Below are positions 19,165-28,800 of a stretch of 32,252 nucleotides of DNA, one piece after another; within the stretch, counting starts at the first letter, position 1, and every line of letters begins with the position of its first letter. This stretch comes from an uncultured Methanoregulaceae archaeon (GTDB lineage: Archaea; Halobacteriota; Methanomicrobia; Methanomicrobiales; Methanospirillaceae), in assembly GCA_964530035.1 (NCBI GenBank), contig CAZGXZ010000003.1, forward strand, positions 1 through 32,252, read 5' to 3'. Under the pieces are notes generated by a model. It made no database searches, was not told the DNA's origin, and worked only from the letters and a program-made list of their open reading frames with translations. The position numbers and the translations under genes were made by a program.

Positions 19165-20469
19165 ATGACCAGGATTCCACGGTACCTCTGCGTTCTGTTC
19201 GTACTGGTTCTTTTTTTCCAGGCGGCGTCGGGTTCCATCGCGGTCAAGGACCTCACCATCAGTCCTGCAGGAAACCTCATATCCGGCCAGGACCCGCCGG
19301 AGGAGGTCAAGGTGGCATTTGGCATCACGTTCTTCCCCGAAGGAGGGGAGACGTTCCCGAGCGACGACACCCTTCACATGAATACGGACCTTGAAAACGC
19401 CAGATGGTCCTATATCAAGCTCCAGGACGGTTTTCCCAGTCCTCCCACAACCGATGCAGGAAAAAACCTGAACATCCAGGGCTGGGACCTCTCCTACCCG
19501 AAGTCAGTCACGATGGCACTCGCGGTGAACCTCACCGGGACCGTCCCCCAGGTAACCTCCACCGGTAAGAAGACCGTGCTCAGGGTTACCGAGGGGAGTG
19601 CCGGCGGCATCGTCCCGGGGTCGGAGTTCCTCCGGGAGGCAAATGTCGTCCTGTCAGGAAGCTCTCCCCTCCACTCCTCGACCGTGACGGAGACCCCCAC
19701 ACCGGTCCCCCAGACGACCGTGCCCACACCTTCGCAACCTGTACAGCCTGTAGCAGGACCGGACTCAGTGAATCTTCCAGGGTTTCTCTTGACCCTGGTG
19801 ATCCTGCTCCTGTCGTTCATCCCCCTCGGACTCCTGGTCTTCCATGACCACTTTGGCCTCGGGAGGATGCTGTACCCCGTCGAGGACCGGCAGCGGATGA
19901 TCGCCTCGGCTATTCTGGTGGTCTGTGGTTTCGGGCTGATACTCGCCCTGCTGACCGTCCAGAAGATGTTCAGCAGCCTGGCCGGAGCCGGGAGCGGTCC
20001 TGCCACCATCATAACCCTTGTCGCGCTCTTCCTCATGTCATACCTCGCCCTTTCGGCGCTGGCGCTCGCGGTCGGCTCCTTTATCAACCGGGCATTCGCA
20101 CGGACGGTCCGCATCCACCAGGTTGTGGCCCTCCTCACCCTCATCCTCACACCCCTCGTACTCTCCCTGTACGGAAAAGACCTTGATGCAGCGACACGGA
20201 CCATGGCGATGGTCATTTCGTTCCTGTCGGCGCTTGCATCGGGTATCACCGCCGTGTGGCTTGACCGTTCATTGAACGAGGAGCTCGGGAGGGATGACTG
20301 GGTCGGACGGGTCCTTGGTATCCTCAGGCGGACCGGTCACAGGACAGCCCCCCGGCAGGGAGAGGAGAGTCCGGCCGGCTCGGCCCTTGCCATACTCAAT
20401 ACCCGGCTTGCGAAGGGAGAGATAACCCTCGAGGAATACAACCAGATGAAGGACGCGATCAGAAAATAA
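19165..20469 (+). CDS. Membrane protein: signal peptide, extracellular beta domain, P/T linker, about 5 TM helices, C-terminal SHOCT domain
   Basis: Signal-peptide-like N-terminus, TETPTPVPQTTVPTP linker, hydrophobic helices, and C-terminal ALAILNTRLAKGEITLEEYNQMK matching the SHOCT pattern. Confidence 0.85.
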   Translation: MTRIPRYLCVLFVLVLFFQAASGSIAVKDLTISPAGNLISGQDPPEEVKVAFGITFFPEGGETFPSDDTLHMNTDLENARWSYIKLQDGFPSPPTTDAGKNLNIQGWDLSYPKSVTMALAVNLTGTVPQVTSTGKKTVLRVTEGSAGGIVPGSEFLREANVVLSGSSPLHSSTVTETPTPVPQTTVPTPSQPVQPVAGPDSVNLPGFLLTLVILLLSFIPLGLLVFHDHFGLGRMLYPVEDRQRMIASAILVVCGFGLILALLTVQKMFSSLAGAGSGPATIITLVALFLMSYLALSALALAVGSFINRAFARTVRIHQVVALLTLILTPLVLSLYGKDLDAATRTMAMVISFLSALASGITAVWLDRSLNEELGRDDWVGRVLGILRRTGHRTAPRQGEESPAGSALAILNTRLAKGEITLEEYNQMKDAIRK

Positions 20470-20602
20470 TCACAATGGCCCTGGACGTACCGCAACGGGT
20501 CCGGGTGAGACGGAATATCCCGTTTCCTGAGACGCTTCCCGGCGCCTGCCGGGGAGAAACCATATACCTTTACCCGTTTTTGTAGTACACCGGGACGCAC
20601 CC

Positions 20603-21367
20603 ATGACCGACAGGACCATCCAGGCATCCCAGGACCCCGGATACCTGGTCGAGATATCCGAGTACCTCAATGCTCTTGCCAGTCCCACCCGGCTCCAGAT
20701 CCTGACCGCCCTCGAGAACAGACCGATGGACCTGAAAGAGATCACGTCGGTCACGAAGACCAGTTACGAAAACACGAGGAAACACATGGACAAGCTGCTC
20801 CTCGCAGGCCTCGTCAGGAAGGAGGCCGGTCTGAGCTCCGAGACCATGACCGGGATCCACCCGGTCTGGAAATACTCCATTGCACGGGGTGGAATGGAGG
20901 CGATAATTACGAACCTTTCAATGTTTTCAAAAGTCCCCCTATCAGTCCCGAGCTCTGAGCTCGCCGGCCGCCTCCAGGAAGTACGGGCACAAGTTGGTGA
21001 GCAGGCCGGGAAACGGGGGGCCTGCCTCTACCTCGCCTCCGGTACCCAGGAGGGCACCATCATTCCCCTGGATACCGGGACAACATCCATAGGCCGGGCT
21101 GACCCGGGGGCAACACGGCCGCATGACTCCTGTTTCGAGCTTTCCCCGGAGTATAAATCAGTGTCCCGGGTCTCCCGCCCACATTGCAGAATCCACCACG
21201 GGACCTGCTGGGAGATAGAGGACTGCGGGAGCACCTCGGGGACGTTCGTCAATATGAAGCCGTTGACCGCAGGAAAGCGGTACGAGGTCCATGACGGGGA
21301 TACCATCATTCTTGGCACAGGGAACCTCCTGGCACGGTTTATCTTCCTCGACAACGGAGCAGACTGA
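20603..21367 (+). CDS. ArsR-type wHTH plus FHA domain transcriptional regulator
   Basis: LNALASPTRLQILTAL...ENTRKHMDKLLLAGLV (ArsR HTH); IGR, VSRPH and IEDCGSTSGTFVN (FHA). Confidence 0.92.
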   Translation: MTDRTIQASQDPGYLVEISEYLNALASPTRLQILTALENRPMDLKEITSVTKTSYENTRKHMDKLLLAGLVRKEAGLSSETMTGIHPVWKYSIARGGMEAIITNLSMFSKVPLSVPSSELAGRLQEVRAQVGEQAGKRGACLYLASGTQEGTIIPLDTGTTSIGRADPGATRPHDSCFELSPEYKSVSRVSRPHCRIHHGTCWEIEDCGSTSGTFVNMKPLTAGKRYEVHDGDTIILGTGNLLARFIFLDNGAD

Positions 21368-21400
21368 CAGAGGAACCTCCGATACCTGAAAAGCCCCGGT

Positions 21401-23047
21401 ATGAAGACCTGCCTGTTCATCCAGATCATACTCGCCGTCCTGATAATCGCAGGGACGGCACTTGCAGCAGGTGCTCCACAGGAATCGCGTGAGAATGGTT
21501 CCCTTGCTCTTCCCAGGCTGGACAACCCGGTCTTCCCACCCGGGCACCCCCCCGCATCCCCATCTTTCGACCCGGGCAGCAGTCAGCTCCCCCCTCCCTC
21601 CAGGGAGGTCAACCATACTGCCTCAAACGGACGCCCGAACCTTTCCGGCCCCTGGCCGTTGGACGGGAGGGCGGGAGGCCAGTCAGGGAACCCGCTCAGG
21701 AGTGACTCCATCACCGGGGTTGCAGTTTCAACCGGCATAATCCTCCTGATCTTCCTGGGCATCCTGTACACCGGGTACCGGATAGGCGCGACCTATTCCT
21801 ATGAAGCAGCAGGGAATATCCGGGCCTGGCTTGCCGTTGGTCATGCGGCCAGTGCCGTTCTCCTGGTCCTGGGCGTCCTGTACCTGCCTGTCCGCGGAGG
21901 TCCCCCTGAACCCGCCGCTGATACCGCAACAGCACTGCTCGGCATCCAGATGTATCTCCTGTTCTCCTCGACTGCTCAGGCGGTCTCCCTGTTCAGGGAC
22001 CGCCCTATCCCTCCCGCCCAGTACGCCCATATCTTTTTTGCATTCGTGGCAATCCTGATGACCCTCATCCCGGGGTACCGTTTCCTTGAGTCCACCCTCC
22101 TTTCCATCTCCCTCATGTACCTCCCGGGTGTTGTCCTCTCCCTGGTAACCCACCAGCTGACAGGGAGGTCAGGGCCCCGTGGCAGTTCCGGGCCCTCTCC
22201 TGCAGATATGACCATATCGCTTCCCAGAGGGGTGCCCTCGTCATTCCCCGTGAGCCTCCTCTCCCGGTACCACGACGTGAGCGTCGTCGGGACCGGGGGG
22301 CTCGCGGTCGTCTACCTCGCGACCCGTTCAGGAACGAACCGGCAGGTCGCGGTAAAGATCCCCTTCTCCCTCGACGAGATGAGCGGAAGGACGTTTCTCA
22401 ACGAGATGTCGACATGGAGGGAACTCCACCATGAAAACATCGTCGAGGTCTATGACCAGAACATCTTCCCGGTCCCGTTCGTCGAGATGGAGTACCTGAA
22501 ACGGTCGCTTTGCGACCTCACCTACCCGTTGTCTCCCGGGTACGCCGTTTCAGTAACAAAGGATATCGCAGAAGCCCTCCTCTATGCCCATGGGAAAGGG
22601 ATCATCCATGGCGACATCAAGCCCGGCAATGTTCTCCTCACCGACGACGGGCGGGCGAAGCTGACCGACTGGGGGCTCTCCCGCTCCGTGACCCGGGCAG
22701 AAGTCACGAAAAACGCCAGTTTCTCGCTGCATTACGCTGCTCCGGAGCAGCTGGCTCCGGAAGAGTACGGTGCGAGGGACACGAGGACCGATATCTATCA
22801 GCTGGGTGTCCTTCTGTACGAAGCCCTGTGCGGCCAGCCTCCGTACCTCAAACAGGGTGCGGGCGAGATGTTCCTCGCGGTCAGGAAAAATGCCTATACC
22901 CTTCCTTCGGAGTGCTCACCCGCACTCGCCCCGTTTGACGGGTTGGTATCCCGGTGCCTGAAAGCTGACCCGGAGGAACGGTTCGGTTCCGTGCAAGAGT
23001 TCCTGGCCTGTCTTGACCGGGTCCGGGATGAGCTCTCAAAACCGTGA
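21401..23047 (+). CDS. Membrane-anchored Hanks-type Ser/Thr protein kinase
   Basis: Signal peptide, Pro-rich segment and about 5 TM helices, then GTGGLAVVY, VAVK, HGDIKPGN, DWG, YAAPE and DIYQLG. Confidence 0.95.
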   Translation: MKTCLFIQIILAVLIIAGTALAAGAPQESRENGSLALPRLDNPVFPPGHPPASPSFDPGSSQLPPPSREVNHTASNGRPNLSGPWPLDGRAGGQSGNPLRSDSITGVAVSTGIILLIFLGILYTGYRIGATYSYEAAGNIRAWLAVGHAASAVLLVLGVLYLPVRGGPPEPAADTATALLGIQMYLLFSSTAQAVSLFRDRPIPPAQYAHIFFAFVAILMTLIPGYRFLESTLLSISLMYLPGVVLSLVTHQLTGRSGPRGSSGPSPADMTISLPRGVPSSFPVSLLSRYHDVSVVGTGGLAVVYLATRSGTNRQVAVKIPFSLDEMSGRTFLNEMSTWRELHHENIVEVYDQNIFPVPFVEMEYLKRSLCDLTYPLSPGYAVSVTKDIAEALLYAHGKGIIHGDIKPGNVLLTDDGRAKLTDWGLSRSVTRAEVTKNASFSLHYAAPEQLAPEEYGARDTRTDIYQLGVLLYEALCGQPPYLKQGAGEMFLAVRKNAYTLPSECSPALAPFDGLVSRCLKADPEERFGSVQEFLACLDRVRDELSKP

Positions 23048-23085
23048 AACCCGCTCCATCCATACCTGTTCCCGGCCGTAAGGGG

Positions 23086-23118
23086 AACCCCCGGGAGGGT
23101 GAAGGGTTTCCGGGGGTC
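23086..23118. terminator. GC-rich hairpin between convergent genes
   Basis: ACCCCCGGGA...TTCCGGGGGT inverted repeat in the gap between the kinase and the repeat protein, with an A-run nearby at about 23132-23138. Confidence 0.35.
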
Positions 23119-23164
23119 CGGCCGTGCCGTTAAAAAAAGGTCCCTGAGGGGAGGTGCGCCTTGT

Positions 23165-23716
23165 TCAGGATGTCTGTGGAGGTTGCGGCGGCTTCATTGC
23201 TGCCTTGAGGGCGTCCTCGGTCACCCCGAGCGTCCCGGCAATTGAGGCAAAGTCAGGCCTGCCCTGTCCGCTGGACGAGAACGCACTTTTCACCGCGTCT
23301 TCGGAGACCCCGAGACTGGAAGCGATTGATGCATAATCCATGGTGCACGGGCCATGGCCACGTCCGTTCCCGGTGCCAAGTGCGGATTTCAATGCGTCCT
23401 CGGTAACCCCGAGCGTTGTCGCAGCTGATGCAAGGTCAGGTCTGTCCTGTCCGTTCCCGGTGCCAAGCGCGGATTTCAATGCATCCTCGGTGACCCCGAG
23501 CGTTGTCGCGGCTGCTGCGAAGTCAGGTCCTCCGCGTCCCTGCATATCCATCTTCATGGTACCGTTTTCCATTGCCTTGAGCGGCTTTCCCGCGGCCGTC
23601 TGGTTGGGACCAGGATGGAACGATCCCTTGCCCCCCATGAACTGGGCGACGGCCAGTCCTGACAGCACGAATCCTGCCACCAGGAGGATACAGATGGTTA
23701 CCGTTGATTTTTTCAC
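23165..23716 (-). CDS. Secreted/anchored protein with four PDxAxxAxxLGVTEDALKxA repeats
   Basis: GTG start at 23716 gives a signal peptide (MKKSTVTICILLVAGFVLSGLAVA); four helical repeats of about 29 aa. Confidence 0.85.
   Translation of the reverse strand: MKKSTVTICILLVAGFVLSGLAVAQFMGGKGSFHPGPNQTAAGKPLKAMENGTMKMDMQGRGGPDFAAAATTLGVTEDALKSALGTGNGQDRPDLASAATTLGVTEDALKSALGTGNGRGHGPCTMDYASIASSLGVSEDAVKSAFSSSGQGRPDFASIAGTLGVTEDALKAAMKPPQPPQTS
23196..23530. repeat. Intragenic tandem repeat, about 87-bp period, four units
   Basis: GTCCGTTCCCGGTGCCAAG occurs at 23362 and 23449 (87 bp apart); two more diverged units lie to the left. Confidence 0.85.
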
Positions 23717-24122
23717 GTTATTCTCCTGTTCCCTTGTTGTTCCGGGGGTTTGCCCCGAAGAGAACATCACCCGTTTTCATCTCCGGGGTATATAGCAACA
23801 AAAAGTCCGTCAGGTTGAAAGTAACAACGACCTGGTTGGATATTTCCCTGGCCAGGGAAGCGAGTAGGTACCATTGGCCGTCAATAGTGTTCCATTGAGC
23901 AATGAATATTCGCCGGAACCAGGAAAGAACCGTCTGGAGAGCCTTCCAGAACATAACGGATTACCGCGGGCAGCAGAGGATTACCCTGGCGGACCGGATG
24001 GACTGCTCAAACCTGCAACCGGAAAGGTGTGCATTCCAACCGGTCGTGGTGGCGGTTCTTTTTAAGGGAGGATGACAATGAGTGCTCGGTATAAATGGAA
24101 AGCAAACATTACATTTTGTACG

Positions 24123-24130
24123 ATATATAA
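24123..24130 (+). promoter_or_regulatory. Candidate archaeal TATA box for the GT39-GtrA pair
   Basis: ATATATAA about 30 nt upstream of ATG 24160. Confidence 0.4.
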
Positions 24131-24159
24131 TACGTCACTACGGCCGAAGGTCACCCACC

Positions 24160-26283
24160 ATGGCACCACTCACCATCCTCCGTCAAAACCGGGATTCCCT
24201 GCTCCTCGTCCTTGTCCTGGCCCTGGCCGCGTTCCTGTACCTGTCCGACCTGGGAAAGGAGGGATTTTCAAACCATTACTATGCGGCAGCGGTACGGAGC
24301 ATGCTGGAAAACCCGGCCCTCCTCGTCTTCAACTCATTTGACCCGGCCGGGTTTGTCACGGTCGACAAGCCGCCGGTCGCCCTCTGGGTCCAGACGGCAT
24401 CGGCCGCAGTCCTTGGCTACTCGGGCTGGTCCCTCATCCTCCCCCAGGCCATCGCGGCCCTGGGATCGGTCATCCTTGTGTACTACGTTGTATCCCGTCC
24501 GTTTGGGAAACCCGCCGGGATCATCTCGGCCCTGGCACTTACGGTCACGCCTATCCTTGTCGCCGTGGCCAGGACCAACAACATGGACGGGCTCCTGGTC
24601 TTCGTCCTGCTCCTGTCGGTAGTGACCGCAGTCAGGGCCTGGAGGGAAGGATCAGTCTGGTACCTCCTTGCTTCAGCAGTCCTGATAGGCATCGGGTTCA
24701 ACATCAAGATGATCGAGGCATTCGTGGTCGTCCCGGCCTGCTTCGGCATCTACCTCCTCGCCCATGGGCTCCCCTTGAGGACACGGTGCGGCCATATCGC
24801 GATCGCCCTCGTAGTGCTCCTGGCGGTCTCGTTTTCCTGGGCGGCCTTCATGGAGATGACGCCCGTGGAGGATCGGCCCTACATCGGGAGCACCCAGGAC
24901 AACTCAGTGATGGAGCTTATCTTCGGGTACAACGGGCTTCACCGCTTGTTTGGAGGGTTCGGGGCACACGGACATGCGACTCCCGGGATGAACCAGTCCC
25001 GGGAAGGCCTTCCTCCCGGAATACCCGGCTCCGACCGGCCCGCCGGGTGGGAACGCACCTCCACCAGTCATGGAATGGTGCCTGGAAATGCCGGGACCGG
25101 TGGACCATCGGGACGCATGGAGGTATCAGGCGGCTCGATGCCTCCCGGGGGAAACCGTTCTGCCTTCCCGGGTTCCGCTCCCGGCATGGACCCTTCCCGC
25201 CCGTCCGGCCGCGGCCCTGGCGGGATGAACGACGGAGGGGAGCCGGGGTTGTTCCGCATGGGCGATGCCGGCATGTCCGGCCAGATCAGCTGGCTCCTCC
25301 CCTTCGGCCTGATCGGCCTCCTCGCATGGCTCAGGAAACCCACCTGGACGGCATTTCAACGTCTGGGTGAGAGAGAAGTAGTCACCCTGGCCATGGTACT
25401 CTGGATCGTCCCCGAGCTCCTCTACTTCAGCTTCACCGAGGGGTTCTACCACACCTACTATGTCGTCATGGTCGCTCCACCTCTTGCAGCCCTTGTAGGG
25501 ATTGGAGCGGTGACCATGTACCAGTCAATCGGGTCCCCGGGGGTCCGCGGGTGGCTGCTCCCCGTGGCGGTCCTCGCGACCGGGGTATCTCAGTGGGTCT
25601 TCATGATGTACGATGCGAGGTTCTCCGGGCCGTTGCCCCTTGTTGTCCTCATCGGTACGGTCATCTGCACGACAGTCCTGACAGTGGTGCGCCTCATCCC
25701 CATGCGGGTATCTCCGGGGCTGCCCCGGGCCGCAGCGGTCCTGGGAGTCTCACTGCTCTTCATCGCCCCGGCGGTGTGGTCATGCACACCGGTTTTCTTT
25801 ACGGGAAGCGCCACCCTCCCGGTCGCGGGACCATCCCTTGCTGCCCGGGACGGAGGTGGCGGACCGGGTGGCATGCAACAGGCAGACTCCGCCTCCCTCT
25901 ATGCCTACCTGACGACCCACCGGACCGGCGAAAAGTACCTCATCGGCATGGGTGCTGCAAACTCAGGGACGGCGGATTTCATTATCGCCACAGGGGCACC
26001 CGCCATCGCCATCGGGGGGTTTACCGGCTCAGACCCCATCCTTACCATCGATTCGTTCAGGGATCTTGTATCGGGCGGCGATATCCGCTACTTCATGACG
26101 GGAGGAGGAGGTGGCCTCCAGGGCACCGGGGGGTCCTCCATCTCCTCGTGGGTGGCCGGGGCATGCCGGGAGGTTCCGGCAGGTGAATGGAGCACGCCGG
26201 CATCAGGAAGAGGATCAGGAGGGGTCCTCTACGACTGCAAGGGGGTTGCCTGGGGTGATGAAAATGCCGGAATACCCTTCTAA
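24160..26283 (+). CDS. GT-C fold glycosyltransferase, family 39/PMT_2 (YkcB-like)
   Basis: NHYYAAAVRSM, FDPAGFVTVDKPP, RTNNMD, GFNIKM, RPYIGSTQDNS..ELIFGYNGL, a Gly/Pro/Met-rich loop, FYHTYY and IGGFTGSDP. Confidence 0.92.
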   Translation: MAPLTILRQNRDSLLLVLVLALAAFLYLSDLGKEGFSNHYYAAAVRSMLENPALLVFNSFDPAGFVTVDKPPVALWVQTASAAVLGYSGWSLILPQAIAALGSVILVYYVVSRPFGKPAGIISALALTVTPILVAVARTNNMDGLLVFVLLLSVVTAVRAWREGSVWYLLASAVLIGIGFNIKMIEAFVVVPACFGIYLLAHGLPLRTRCGHIAIALVVLLAVSFSWAAFMEMTPVEDRPYIGSTQDNSVMELIFGYNGLHRLFGGFGAHGHATPGMNQSREGLPPGIPGSDRPAGWERTSTSHGMVPGNAGTGGPSGRMEVSGGSMPPGGNRSAFPGSAPGMDPSRPSGRGPGGMNDGGEPGLFRMGDAGMSGQISWLLPFGLIGLLAWLRKPTWTAFQRLGEREVVTLAMVLWIVPELLYFSFTEGFYHTYYVVMVAPPLAALVGIGAVTMYQSIGSPGVRGWLLPVAVLATGVSQWVFMMYDARFSGPLPLVVLIGTVICTTVLTVVRLIPMRVSPGLPRAAAVLGVSLLFIAPAVWSCTPVFFTGSATLPVAGPSLAARDGGGGPGGMQQADSASLYAYLTTHRTGEKYLIGMGAANSGTADFIIATGAPAIAIGGFTGSDPILTIDSFRDLVSGGDIRYFMTGGGGGLQGTGGSSISSWVAGACREVPAGEWSTPASGRGSGGVLYDCKGVAWGDENAGIPF

Positions 26284-26701
26284 CCACGCCATCGGTCATC
26301 ACCCGGTTTCGTGCCTGGACCACCTTCCCGGGTTCCTGGTCATCGGGATACTCGCAACGCTCCTTGACATGAGCCTCCTCTACCTCCTGGCTGAGATCGC
26401 AGGGCTCTGGTACCTTNNNNNNNNNNTCGCAGCAGGGATATCGTATACCCTGGGAGGTATCTTCAGCTACATCCTCAACAAAAAGCTGACCTTCCACAAC
26501 GTGAGCCGCAGGTTTGTCAGGCAAGGCCTGGTATTTCTTGCAATCTCGGCTGCAGGCCTCGCCCTGAACACGGGTGTCATCTGGCTCGGTGTCGAGGTTT
26601 TCGACCTCCATTATCTTATTGCAAAGGCGGGAGCCACGTTTATCGCCTTTTTCTGGAATTTTTTCGGCCAGAGCACGATAACGTTCAGGGTGTGGAGGTG
26701 A
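26258..26701 (+). CDS. GtrA-family lipid-linked sugar flippase (contains assembly gap)
   Basis: FLVIGILATLLD, SYILNKKLTF and AFFWNF; four TM helices; overlaps the GT39 stop codon. N-gap at 26417-26426. Start 26258 or 26264. Confidence 0.88.
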   Translation: MKMPEYPSNHAIGHHPVSCLDHLPGFLVIGILATLLDMSLLYLLAEIAGLWYLXXXXAAGISYTLGGIFSYILNKKLTFHNVSRRFVRQGLVFLAISAAGLALNTGVIWLGVEVFDLHYLIAKAGATFIAFFWNFFGQSTITFRVWR

Positions 26702-27006
26702 CGCCTATGTAGCTGCTGCGGGATATGCACGAAGTCCGGGGCGACCATTCCTCATCGACCCGGCTACCAGGTGGTTGGCGGAGCCGCAACAGGCAGTACA
26801 CCCTTGTCCTGTTCATCGTCAATCCTTCCCCAAAACGGCTGATAAACGATATTATCTCAGCCTCATAACAATCCACGGGCAGTATTCAGGGGGGAGAACA
26901 CGGAGTCAGACCCCCTGGGCTGTTCCCTTTTCTGCCATACCCGGATGGAACCACAGTCGTCGGCAATATTATACTTCATGGGCGGGAGGTTCATCGATCC
27001 AGGGTG

Positions 27007-28758
27007 TTACGTGGCCCTTTTCAGGGTGAAACAGATGACCGCTCCCTGTTCAGGCCTGCCTGGCACGCGGTCCTGAGCCCATATCCGGCCGCCGTATGCC
27101 TCGACCAGCATCTTGACAATATGAAGCCCGAGGCCGTAACTGCTCCGGTCTCCTGATCCCGGCCTGAATCGGTCAAATATGGTCTCCTTGAGGGCGTCGG
27201 GTATCCCCTTGCCGTGGTCGGTTACACAGAACAGGACGGTGCCGTCATCCCTGGCCTCCCCGGTGATATTTATCCTTGCAGGGCCGTTCCTGAACTTGAT
27301 ACCATTCTCGATGAGGTTCTCAAAGACCTGCCTGAGCATCCCGTCGGCAAGGACGTACCGCCCTGGACCGGAATAACTGACCTCGATCCCCGGGTTGTTC
27401 TCGATGACAGCCTGTACAACGGGGTCAGGGTCGATGGGACCGATAGTCGGTGGGTTCTTGTATATCCTTGAGATAATGCCGATGTTTCGTATGACTCCCC
27501 GGTCCCTCCTGGATATCGCCTGGATCTTTTCGGCATACTCCTTCTCTTTTTCTCCCCCGTTTTCCGCGATCAGGTCGGCATAACCGAGGATTGAAACCGT
27601 CGAGTTGAATATCTCATAGCTCATCACGTCGAGGTAGATATCGAGGTACAGGTTTGCACGGCGGTTGGCCTCGCCGAGCTGTTCCCTGTTTTCCCGGAGC
27701 TCCCGTTCACGGTCCTCGACCTCTTCGAGCAACAGGTTGAAGGAGTTTTTTATGGACGATACCTCGTCGTCCCCCGACACCGGCAGCCTCGCCGAGAGGT
27801 CATGCTCCTGCGAAATTCGCTTAATCGATGCATCGAGTCCGGTGAGGGGTGCCAGGACGTATCGCTGCATGAGGAACTCGACCATCACGATGTACACGGC
27901 CCCGATGACCAGGAGGGAGCAGATAAGGAAGACCATCGTGGCGATGACCTGTTCGTGCAGGAACCTGGGCGTATGGACGTTCAGGATGATGATCGGGCTG
28001 TTGTCGATGTCCCGGAGTACCGCATACCCTTCCATGATATCGCTGCCTGTCGCCCTGCTGACAACCGGGGAACCGAGGGGCTGGGAGACGAGGAGGTCCT
28101 TCCACTCTTTTTCAATTGACGGGTCTTCGATCGGAACGAACCTGAAATTCAGGTGGGTCCGGTCCTCAAGACCGGATATCCCCACTGGGCTGTACTCCCG
28201 CACCATCACGAGCGTCCCGCCTCCATGCTCCTCCCCGGAATTGCTGAGGATGTGGTGGCTTGAGACCATGAAGAGACCTGAAGGCGTGGATATGAGCCCT
28301 GTTTTACCCCATCCCCCTTCCGAGGCGTTCACAACTCCCCGGTAACGCAGGAGGTGCTCCGTCACCCGCTCCGGAGCGTTGCTCACCGTCCTCGTGGCCG
28401 GATCGAACCACCTCGAGGTGTAGAGGTCGCCGTCTGCATCGTAAAAAATGATCCCGTTGACCCCGAGACTTTCATAGCTGGCGGCAGGGTCAAGGTTTGA
28501 CCGGTTGTAACCCGGGTCTGCATCTTGCATATACCGGGAGGTTTCGTCCCAGACGGCCCAGGCCCGGGTGGTCTCCCCGAGCTTGTCGAGCTCGAAATTG
28601 ATGGAGTCTATCACCCGCATGACGTTCGTTCTCGACTCGAACTGTTCCACCTGGTCATATGACGAGAAAATAGAAACCTGGGCGAGGAGGTTCATGAAAA
28701 AGAAGAGGATGAAGACGGTTGCCCCCATGACGATGAGGGAGCGGGTATGGATCTTCAT
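27007..28758 (-). CDS. CHASE4-HAMP sensor histidine kinase-like protein (H-box His replaced by Tyr)
   Basis: TM-CHASE4 (AWAVWDET)-TM-HAMP (LSARLPVSGDDEV); N box FENLIENGIKF, G1 DHGKGI, F IFDRF, G2 GLGL; the H-box reads DVMSYEIFN. Confidence 0.9.
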   Translation of the reverse strand: MKIHTRSLIVMGATVFILFFFMNLLAQVSIFSSYDQVEQFESRTNVMRVIDSINFELDKLGETTRAWAVWDETSRYMQDADPGYNRSNLDPAASYESLGVNGIIFYDADGDLYTSRWFDPATRTVSNAPERVTEHLLRYRGVVNASEGGWGKTGLISTPSGLFMVSSHHILSNSGEEHGGGTLVMVREYSPVGISGLEDRTHLNFRFVPIEDPSIEKEWKDLLVSQPLGSPVVSRATGSDIMEGYAVLRDIDNSPIIILNVHTPRFLHEQVIATMVFLICSLLVIGAVYIVMVEFLMQRYVLAPLTGLDASIKRISQEHDLSARLPVSGDDEVSSIKNSFNLLLEEVEDRERELRENREQLGEANRRANLYLDIYLDVMSYEIFNSTVSILGYADLIAENGGEKEKEYAEKIQAISRRDRGVIRNIGIISRIYKNPPTIGPIDPDPVVQAVIENNPGIEVSYSGPGRYVLADGMLRQVFENLIENGIKFRNGPARINITGEARDDGTVLFCVTDHGKGIPDALKETIFDRFRPGSGDRSSYGLGLHIVKMLVEAYGGRIWAQDRVPGRPEQGAVICFTLKRAT

Positions 28759-28784
28759 GAGTAACGGTCAATGAAGCTCATTTT

Positions 28785-28792
28785 TATTTAAA
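28785..28792 (-). promoter_or_regulatory. Candidate TATA box for the CHASE4 kinase (leaderless-type spacing)
   Basis: TTTAAATA on the minus strand about 27 nt upstream of ATG 28758. Confidence 0.5.
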
Positions 28793-28800
28793 GATTTATA

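Noticed and set aside
23196..23530. CRISPR-like periodic repeats
   Set aside because: The period is a multiple of three, the units encode a protein repeat, there are no unique spacers and no cas genes.
26417..26426. Possible lesion in the GtrA gene
   Set aside because: It is an N-gap only; the frame is coherent on both sides.
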